Of a stretch of 64,000 nt of DNA, positions 53,801-64,000 are shown in pieces. Below the pieces are notes generated by a model that saw nothing but the letters and a program-made list of their open reading frames with translations, did no database searches and was not told where the DNA came from. Position 1 is the stretch's first letter; each line of letters starts with the position of its first letter. The translations under genes and the position numbers were made by a program. Origin of the DNA: the human T2T-CHM13v2.0 reference genome, Homo sapiens; NCBI RefSeq assembly GCF_009914755.1, contig NC_060926.1; one strand, written 5' to 3'.

Positions 53801-56511
53801 TCTGCATAACAGAAAGAATGAACTGCAGATGGAAGGAAACGGCACTTTGAAGGAGGCAATTTGGCTTTTTCTCGTCCCTGGTGAATTTACTCTCTTGTTT
53901 CTCTTGATGACAATTCTCAATATTCACCAAGATTGTAGTTCCTCACTGGACCTCCTTCATCTGTTCCAGCATTCGATCTTGAACTTCTACTTTAGAAGAA
54001 GCTGAAGCCAATAGGCCATCCCAGCCCTTCTGCCCATATGCCTCACCATCCTCATCCCTTTTCTCCTGCCTCAGGGGCAGAGGATGGCCTTGGGTTCTTC
54101 ATACAGAACCATTCTCCATGCCCTCAATCCTCCCATCTTCCTTTAAGGACTCTTTCAAGCAGTTTACAAAAAAGTGCATCTCTTCAATCCCCCAAACTGA
54201 GCCACTTTTTCATGTCTCGGTCTTGAGCCTGAATTACCCTCCAAACTGACTCCTGCTATGTTGGCTTACCATCCAAAACCTCTCCCCTACTAACCTCTCA
54301 TCTAAACTAGTCTCTGGCGAGGCCACCGTGATCTTCTGCCTGCTTCTGGACACCCTTTTGAGTGGGTGTGGTGGAGCCTGCACCCTCCACTTTGCTGTAT
54401 CTGCTTCCACCAAACTTGCGTAATTTCAAAATCTACCTGAAACTTGTTATTTTTTTTTCCTGGCTCACCCTCTCTGCTGCAGTGACACAGTGGGTGACTC
54501 TGCCTTTCCAGAGGCTCCTCTAAGTGCCCTTCTGACCAGATGATTGGAGTGGAGTGCCTTTCCCTGCTGGACTTCGCCACTTCCTGCCCCTGAATGCTCA
54601 TCATCCCTGGCCACTCCCCTCTGTCCCCTGCTCACACAGCTCAAATAACCTAAGCCTTTATTTTCCCCCCAGACCTTTAAGCTTCTATATCCATCTCTTA
54701 GCTGGATATTTTCGCCTGAATACCTAGATCCCATAGATCAATGAAGACGACCATGCGAGAGGAGAAAAGAGACGAGATGGCAATACCCACAGCACGTTTC
54801 TATCCTCCATGCTGAGCACGCTATGTAGTTAAGAAATGTTTGTTGAATGAATGAATGAGTGAATGAATACATGTATAGCCAAGTGAGCTCGGAAATACTC
54901 AGAGGATACCTTTTCCTGGTCCCTGTCTGCCATCACTGTGACTTTCCCCAGCCACATACAGGGAAGTGTAGTTCATCTGATGGGCAGTTTCAAAGCAGAT
55001 GAAATTAGCCAGAATGCCGAAGACTGCCTTTAGTATAGGCACACTTTTTCAAGTTTTCATCAGTTAATGCATTTTCCCCTCTCTTATAATGTAGCTTCTA
55101 GCTTCCAAAAAACTGTATTTCGGAAAATGTTCCTAAGGAGACCAGGACTGCTCATACGAGACCACCTCAGCTGAGCTGTTGTTAGTAAGCCCGCAGCCTG
55201 CTCTGCTCTCCTTAGCTGTTTCCTCGTTTAACATCGCCACTGAACACTTGCTCTATACCATTAGGCGGCCGCTCTGGAGGAAAATGAAGGATTTGCTGTA
55301 TAATGTATTTTTTCAAAGAGATTATTTAAGGCACGATTTCTGTTTATGGTCCCAAGATAAATTATAATCACCTTTGTTTACCTCATATTCCTTTCTTAAT
55401 TAACTGACAACCTATTAGCATATATTTTTTTATCCCAGGAGCATTAATTATACATAATTTATATCATAAGCATTTATTTCATATCAGTGGGATGAATAAA
55501 ACATTTACCTGCTTATAGCTACTTGAGGTTAACATTTTTATACAAAAAACTCACCTGAGACTTCCAATCAAATTATCAGATTTTTAATTTTGTGTTACAT
55601 AATGCTACAGTACTGGTCACTGTAGCATTTTATTCCACTCTAGGCTAAACAATCGTTTAGCAGAGTGCCATGCTGGCAGCATTAATTAACCAATGATACA
55701 TGCTTTGCTGCACAATGAGATGCAGATAATAAAAGTGTAAAATTTGCTCATATGAGAGATGGAGTCCTTCCTGGGATTGTAATACCAATATCAGCCCCGG
55801 TGAAGTTACAAAGATCTCCAGGCCTTTTGTGTCATAGTTTGCCAGACTGCAAAGGATCATAGAGGTCAAAGGGCACATTATATTGTCGTTTTAAAGGTGA
55901 GGATTCTGAGGGCGAGAGAAGGCAAATACCTTGTACGGCCCGATGCACCAGCAAACAAGTGCCAGAGATTTGAACACGGTGCGAGCACACTGGCCCGGTG
56001 CCAGGACAGTTCCACCTGTCGACACAGGTGTGCTCTTCTCTCTCAAAACATGGTAAGCTTTGAATGTTTGCGTCAGGTGGAATATCGTGCCCAGGTGCTT
56101 TAAAATGAGATGTACATAAATTAGTCTTTGGTTCAGAAATGTCACAATCTTTCCTGTATGGGGCGGCTTAGGTGATGTCAACAAGGGATTTTTTTAAGCC
56201 TCTCAAAAGATGAATAGATTGTGACTGTAATGCCATAAGAAGCCCTAGTTCCAGCCTCTAGGCTTCAAATTAGGCTACACTTTTCTCTAATCATCATATC
56301 CCTTTGCCACCACACTTCTCACTGGCTGTCTTCTTGCTCTGAACAGATGAATTTGCAAGACCATGGATCCTGTCCTCTACCTTCTCTGTAACTATTTTGT
56401 TCACCAACTACAGTTACCCAGAAACCAGTGGCAATGTTAGTTAGAATACAAATGGACCTTTTTACCTGAAAAATCCTTTGTTGCTTAGAATGAAATTCAG
56501 AGGATTTTGCT

Positions 56512-56512
<1 letters not shown>

Positions 56513-56566
<54 letters not shown>
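56513..56566. repeat. Poly(T)54
   Basis: Counted directly. Confidence 0.95.
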
Positions 56567-56567
<1 letters not shown>

Positions 56568-56664
56568 ACAGGAGGAAAAACGCACTATACTTGCACAGAA
56601 CTGAACGAGCTTGCTAAAGATCCGGGCTGTGGATGGAGAAGAAAGGGACTCACCAGAGATCATT

Positions 56665-56890
56665 AAGCACCTGCTGTGTGACAGAGTCTCTGCCTGGCCC
56701 TCGTCCGTGCCATCTCATTTGATTCAATTTTGGGAAATAACACAATTATCCTCACCTCGTAGATGAGAAAACTGAAGTTTAAAAAGGTTAAGCCATTCGT
56801 TCAGAGCCACAGCTGCAGCAGGAGACAGTGCTGGGATTTGAACCAAGGTCCATATACTTTTAAAATCCAAGCTGTTTCTATGACACCACA
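56665..56890 (-). mobile_element. MIR
   Basis: agatgagaaaactgaag...gctgggatttgaaccaagg. Confidence 0.75.
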
Positions 56891-57949
56891 CTAATAACAA
56901 GGCAGATGGTAACAGGCATTTAGGTAGAACTGCTGAAAAACCCTTTTCCCATGTTTTTCATCTCCTGATTTTGAGGTACAAATGTGGTTTCTTTAATATA
57001 TTCTGCCATCTTGCCTGGAAAGAATGTAGCATATTTCTCTTGAAGAAATCTTTTTGCATCACTAACGAGTCAACGTGGAGAGAAAACACTTGGTGTCAAT
57101 GTTGGGGCATAGTTAGAGAAATCTGTTTCTTGAATCTCCTCTCATAATGTGGAAATGGTAACAAAGGCAGAAAGAAAACCATACAAAGCAAAATATGGGG
57201 GTCCCAGAGTTCCCTGGGAGACAAAGCAGTCCAGCCCAGTGAATTCTCCGCAGCGACCTTCGCAGATACTCGCCTGTGCCCAGCCGGCCGGGTGACCCCG
57301 CAGCCCCCCTCTGCTCGAGGTCCGTCCCATCATACATCCGGAAGCCAGGCAGCATCCAGGGCTTGCTCATGAGCCCTGCCTTCAGCGGCATCACCTTCTT
57401 ATACTCATCAAGGAAAGGCTGGACCTCTTCAAAGGCCTTCCTGGCTCCCAGCTCTCTTCATGTTGTCTTCATAAGAAATCTCATCTGGGCCCATGCCATC
57501 AAATGCCCATGACTATTTCGCCACTCCTCATGCATGCATCCCCCGGTACACAGTCTGAGATGTTGTACTCAATGGCTTCCTTAGGAAATCTCAAATCCAC
57601 CTAAAGAAAATGTGTATTACACCACACTCATGATCCCCCACACAAAAAGTAATATTAGCTCAGTAAATGATATCCTCTAAATACTTGCTCAAACAACAAC
57701 AAAAAAACCTTCTCCCATATCCAATCTACTGCCTGTCTATTTTGCCTCCTAAATGGATCTTGAATTCATCCCTGTTTTTCCACTTTCACTGCCATCATCA
57801 TAAGCTTGGCTGTTAATTTCACTCACATGAACTTCTACAATTGCCTTCTAATTGTTATCACCTCATCTAATTTTTAAACTGTAACTAGAATAATCTTTTC
57901 AAGATGAAAATCTGATTATATCAAATATCCATTAAAATAATGAGAAGGA

Positions 57950-58970
57950 CATCTCAAAGTTCAGAACAGGAACAGAAACAGAAACCATAAAGAAAAGTTT
58001 GATAAAGTAGGTCATATAAAAATATTTCTGCGGACAAGATCACACTAAACAAAATCAAAAGATAAAATACACACTTGGAAAATTAAAAAGTACTGATTTT
58101 CTTAAACTATAAAGACACTTTAAAGTAGTCAAAAAAGTCAAACAACTCAATAAAAAAAATAGGCAAAGAACAAGATAGGCAGGTGCACACACAGACTTGC
58201 ACACACACACTCGCACAAGCACAAATGGCTCTCAAACATTTTAAAAGATATTCAGTGTTATTTATAATAAGAGACAGACAAATTAACAACAAAATATGAT
58301 ACAATTTTTTGCTTGTCAGAGTAGCAAAAGTTGAAAAAGGTGAATTTTTACTAGTAATGGTACAGGGAAAATAATCACTTTCTCTATTGCAGTAACAAAG
58401 AAACAGAAGAAACTGGTAACTTCATAATATGCGTCAACTCTATATGCATGTATTCTTTGATCCAGCAACTTTATTCTTCATAATTTATCCTTGATATATA
58501 ATTGCACACACATACACACACAAATGCACACACACGGAGATAAATTGCAGTATTATCATAATAAAACAAGACTAGAGATAAATGAAATGCCTCTCAATAC
58601 TTAACTTGTGAAGTATATTGTAGCTCATTTCTATGATGGAATAATATGCAGTCATGAAAAAGAATGGAGAAGTTCTATTCACACAGAAATGAAACAGTTT
58701 CTCTTAAACATATCCCAAAATGAAAACAATATATAATATATATAGAAAGAAACTATATATATGTATATATATATTATATATACATATACACACACACACT
58801 ATATATATACTTGTATATATTGGGAAATATACAAAAAAAATTCATATCGGTGGTTTCACTTAGGAAGGCAGCTGAGAGTCTAGTGGCCTATACTGGGGGA
58901 AGCACTCACTTTTCACTGAATTCCTGTGCACCATTCGAACCTTTTGTGTTACATACATGTGGTTTATTTA
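57950..58970 (+). mobile_element. L1ME-like 3' fragment
   Basis: aaagttgataaag, acaactcaataaaaaaaataggcaaag, tttgatccagcaact, ataatatgcagtcatgaaaaagaatg. Confidence 0.7.
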
Positions 58971-59001
<31 letters not shown>

Positions 59002-59498
59002 CTACGTGCCTGCATGTGTGTGTAGAGTGAGAGAGAGAAGGGAGTATGGACAATGCTTTTAGAGGTTTGAGCATGAAGGGAAGGTAAGCACAAGGGTAGT
59101 AGCTGGAATAGGGTGAGGCCGAGCAAGGGTTTTATAAGATGCAGGACATATTGCCCATATTTAGACGCTGCTGAGCATGAGACATAGAGAGAGTACTTGA
59201 AATTACAGGAATGGAAGGTGTCATCAGACAACTCTGAGGGTGTGGGCAATGAAGACTGTAGCTTAGATGGAGACAGGAGAAGGTAGAAAGGAAGGAAAAG
59301 GTAGATAGGCAAATACACCTCATTTACTTATCTGCAGTTTTAATCTTCCAAAAAAGAGGCTATGTCATTCCAACAAGTGAAATCCAAAAACAACAGAACT
59401 CCAGTGAGGAAGGAGGATGTGACTGAGTGAGGTACAGCAAAAACTCTTTCCATAACACAACTGCAGCCAGAGAATTTCAAGCCCGGAATGTAAATAAA

Positions 59499-59879
59499 TG
59501 TAATCCATTCTCACATTGCTATAAAGATCTACCCGAGACTGGGTAGTTTATAAAGAAAAGAGGTTTAATCGACTCACGGTTCTGCAGGCTATACAGAGGG
59601 CATGGCTGGGGAGGCCTCAGGAAACTTACAGTCATGGTGGAAGGCAAAGGGGAAGCAAGTGCCTTCTTCACATGGTGACAGGAGAGAGAGAGAGAGAAGG
59701 GGGAGTTGCTACACATTTTTTAAACAACCTGATCTCATGAGAACTCACTCACTAGCATGAGAACAGCAAGAGGGAAATCCACCCCCATGGTCCAATCACC
59801 TCCTACCAGGTCCCTCCTCCAACACTGGGAATTACAATTTGACATGAGATTTGGGTGGGGACACAGCCAAACCATATCA
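59499..59879 (-). mobile_element. MSTA-like solo LTR
   Basis: ccattctcacattgctataaag...gaggcctcaggaaacttac...gggtggggacacagccaaaccatatca. Confidence 0.9.
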
Positions 59880-60669
59880 CGGGACTTGCCACAGGCATCC
59901 TGGCCATGACCCTTATCCAGAGATAAGAAAAGGAGGATCAAATGGGGACTCACAAGAGCAAGGCCTCTGAGGGCAAACTAGGAAGAGGGAGGTGAGTGGG
60001 ACAAACTCCAGCCTCTGTCACTGCAGGTGGTTTCAACTCCACACTGGGACTCCTCCTCACCCTTCTCTATTCTTTCGAAATTCCTCTCCCACTCAGCTCT
60101 CACCTCACAAGGTCTCAGTGGCTTACCTACCTGGCAGTGCCACCCAAAACATTGAGCCCTTAGCCATCCCACCCATTTTCATTTAGAGTTGCTGTGCATG
60201 TCTGCTCACAGTTACATGGGTCTAAGTTTACTCCCTGCTCACAATGTATAAAAACAATCCTACCCTGTCCTGCTGGTCCAGGTCAACTCTCCCTGCCATC
60301 TGGTGACTCTTCTTGGCACAAGGAGGCCACAGTGCCTGGTGACAGTGTCAGTGAATCCCAAGTCCCCAGGAGCAGATCTCCTGCAGTATTCCTGCTGCTT
60401 CGTTGCCCGGGAGCTGCCCATGGGAGACAGGGCTGCAGGACCTCCAACTATAGCAGCAGCAAGGCCCCCGGTCAATCATGCTGTCTGCAGCTGGAGATCT
60501 GAGAGGTCTTTCTCATGGCCACCATAGGCAGAAAAAAAGAGACATCCGTGGATCCCAGAGCAGGGGCATTCTGATGCTGTTTCTGCCAGCACAGCTTACC
60601 CAAGGCAAGACAGGATCAAGGGAAGTTTCACAAAAATTTCTGCACCCTAGCGTGGCAGAAAGCTGCTGG

Positions 60670-61683
60670 CAGGGCCAGCTCAGAGGGTGTGTGGTCTGTG
60701 CAGCCACACAAGCTCTGCACTTGGAAGGGGCCACGCTTGGCTGATGCTCTGGTGGCCCCATCTTGGAATTCTTAATGTTTCTATCTTTGAATTTGTGCTT
60801 TGTAAGTAAAATCTGATGGGACAGTGGAGATGTGCCTGTCCCACAATGATACTCACAATGTGTCTATCCACAAGGTGCTTCCTGGGACCCATTTACATAC
60901 AGAGCCCATAATGCCCCGTAAAGACAGAATGTTGGGGGCTCCACAATGCCTGGGAGGTCAGGGAGACTCACGGTGACACCAGGTAAGCCTGTTAGGTCCA
61001 CTGCTGAGTCAGCAAGAGGCCTGTGGCCCAGAGATATCATACTTTCTGACTGAACCAGAGCTTGTTTTAAAAACAAAAAAAGAGGCAATAGTGTACTAAG
61101 AAACACAAACAATTAAAGAACCCAATTATTTCCTTTCTTACTCAGATTACTTCCCTTACATCCACTTTTACAGAAAACGATGACATACAAGGAAAGGGAA
61201 AAATAAGGCAACCCACACTTCCTTTCCTTCTTCCTCATCAGTAAGCCAAAGGGAGAGGATATTGGTAGAGGTGGATGCATCACGAGTGATATAAAAACAC
61301 TTGAGTGACTTTTGTGTGGAGCTTTCACTGTTTTGGTAAGAACAAAATATATATGCACCTACAAACTACAAAATACATATTGTATAATTTTGGTGATCCT
61401 ACATACAAATTAAATGCTATTATGTTTGTATTTAAAACTGGTATTACGCAATATAAAGATGAGTGGTAGAATTCACACTATTTGTTTAGATTTTTTATTT
61501 TTCTTTACTTAGAAAGATATTGAATGGCAAATAAAAAACACCACAAAAAGATGAAAGGGAGACACCAGAAGAAAGAAGCTTTATGTTTTAGGACCCTTAG
61601 TGGCCCCATGTCTTCTGCTTTTTGAACAAGGGGCCCACATTTTTATTTTGCACAGGGCTCTGCAAGTTTCGTATCCAGCCCTG
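60670..61683 (+). mobile_element. MER45B/C-like hAT-Tip100 DNA transposon (about 1 kb)
   Basis: Start cagggccagct...ctgtgcagccacaca...gggccacgcttgg; end gaacaaggggcccacattttt...cagccctg. Confidence 0.75.
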
Positions 61684-62231
61684 GCCACCAAATCTAAGGG
61701 CACCATAGGCACCATGCAGATAAGGACAATGGCGACTTCTGCCACAGGGAGAAAGACCAGAGGAGCAGCTGATATTTATCACCTCTTAAGATCCTAAAAT
61801 TTTGACCTATACCCAAGAGGTGGGACTATCAAGAAAGAAAGGGACTCCTAGGATGATGAAGTTATGTTTTCCGACAGCTAGGCAGAAACTCAAAGGCCAA
61901 ATTGTTATACAACATTAAAGGATAATTGGAACACCTGAACTGCAGCCCTATGGTCATACCTATCATTTCTTTTCAATCCATTAGGGGCAATGCAGATGGG
62001 AATCAGATGTGGACCCATCTTAACTTCTCTTAACAGGAGAAGTTAAGAACTGGCATGAGGATTCCACTGAAAAACAATAATACAAGAGATAACAATGAAA
62101 TAGTTTATTTGAATAAGTGAATTTATTTGTCCAGCTAAGAGAAGGCACAAAAATGTAGCTACTTCCTGATATAATTGCTAAATTTTCATTTTCCTATTTA
62201 TGAAATATTTTCCACAGATATATCATTAGGG

Positions 62232-62590
62232 TTGTCTTAGTCTGCTCAGTTTGCTGGAACAAAATACCATAAACTGGGTGGACAACAGAAATGTATTTTT
62301 TACAGTTCTGCAGGCTGAGAAGTCTAAGGTCGAGGCTCCAGCAGTTTCAGTGTCTGGCAAGGGTCCATTGGCTGCACCATAGACTGCACCTTCTCACTGT
62401 AGCCTCACATGGCCGAAGGACAGAGGAGCTTCCTTGAGCCTGTTTGATAAGAGCACTTATCCCATTCCTGAGGGCTCCCTGATTATGGCCTGATCACTTC
62501 CCTCAGGAAACCCAACCTCTGAAAACCATCACATTGGGAATTAGGTTTCAACGTGTAAATTTCCGGGGAACAAAAAGATTCAGGCCACAG
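62232..62590 (-). mobile_element. MLT1A-like LTR
   Basis: tgtcttagtctgctcag...aaaataccataaactgggtgg...accatcacattgggaattaggtttcaac. Confidence 0.85.
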
Positions 62591-63109
62591 CAAGCGTATG
62601 TAAAATAGGCAGTGCAGCCTCCGACCACAGCAGACGTCAATTTCAGTGCCTTCCTTCTTCTTCACCAGTAAACATGGATGAGATCTGCTGAGCTGCCTGC
62701 TGGGCCTGGGCATGGTGCTATGAGTTTAAAGGCGAGAACTCAATTCAGAAATGACTTGTCTGCTAAGTTTTCTCTGAGATGATAGAATTTAAGCTAAGCC
62801 CAGAGGAAATGGGAAAACCCAAAAAGGTAAGGAAGTAGCACCATTCTTAGCAAAGAAAACACTTTTCATTTAACAAGAAAACTCTTTCTTTCCCTAAATC
62901 TAGTATTTTACTTGGCTCTTCCCGCCTCCCTGGGACTCTAGGACTTTGCTTCTCAAAACATTTGTCTTGAGTCCCTGAGAGGTCAATTCTCTATTTTTCT
63001 TGGTTTGGCAGTTGCTCTGCTGAACCTGACAAGATTCTAAAACTTAGAAGTTATAACGTAAGACTATAAGAGCAGACTTTGAAGCCATCTAAGTAAATAA
63101 TATAACCTA

Positions 63110-63442
<333 letters not shown>

Positions 63443-64000
63443 TTGTTTTATGTGTTTTTTATTAAAGAAAGAAAAAAGACACACACATGCCTCCAAAAAG
63501 ATCCTCCAAGTAGGAGCAGTGATATCTCTGGGCTGATGGATTATAGGGAATTTGTATTTCTTTTCCTTTCTGCTTTTATTTATGTTTTACTTTTATTTAT
63601 TTTCAAAATGCTTTACAGTAAACATACTAGTAGTAGTATAAGTTACAAACTCATGTACTAAAAAACTAATAGTGATAAATATGAATAGTGATATAACTAT
63701 GTTTATTGTGAATCTACTTTTTGCCAAACCTAGCACTGCAGACTGGCATGGTCTGGTGCTCAGTAAAGACAATGGAAAAAATTACACTAACTCTCTTGTC
63801 GGTTTGTTCAGACAGTCAGCCATTCATTCAACTCAGAAAAGAAAAACAGACTGTTGAGCCATGCAAACCGGTCAGTAAAGAAAAGGGGATAAGCTATAAC
63901 ATTAGTGACAACTAAAACCATGGTATGCCTTCCCTTCATTCATAGCATTATTGATGTAGTTCTTGTTAAAACTATTTCAAAGAAAGAATGCACTTTGCTA

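Noticed and set aside
53152-53850. 232-aa ORF as a gene
   Set aside because: Its length is explained by a stop-free VNTR; low complexity and no recognisable domain
57113-57520. Protein-like minus-strand translation (KAFEEVQPFLDEYKKVMPL...) in a CpG-richer patch, possible processed pseudogene
   Set aside because: No family recognised, an in-frame stop upstream, no poly(A) or TSD, and the adjacent sequence looks like decayed L2. A tBLASTx search would settle it.

Overview
Primate, most likely human or hominoid, nuclear genomic DNA (AluY/S/J, L1, L2, MIR, MaLR LTRs, HERV-H). I find no convincing protein-coding gene: the ORF track is explained by repeats, microsatellites and retroviral remnants, so the window looks intergenic or lncRNA-intronic. 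The dominant feature is a two-LTR HERV-H provirus on the minus strand (22883-29022). It has a perfect 5-bp TSD (GCTTC), a perfect tRNA-His PBS, LTR7 ends with the layout of the pluripotency-active LTR7up type, an expanded tandem-repeat leader, and a GC in place of GT at the major splice donor. Other notable structure: two VNTRs (one with a hairpin in every unit), three short-range non-tandem duplications (one ending at a GATA-rich inverted repeat), a (GGAA)13 microsatellite, an orphan T54 tract and several minus-strand exon-like segments. Repeat family names come from recalled consensus sequences, and boundaries of old repeats are approximate. Nothing here demonstrates a new biological system.
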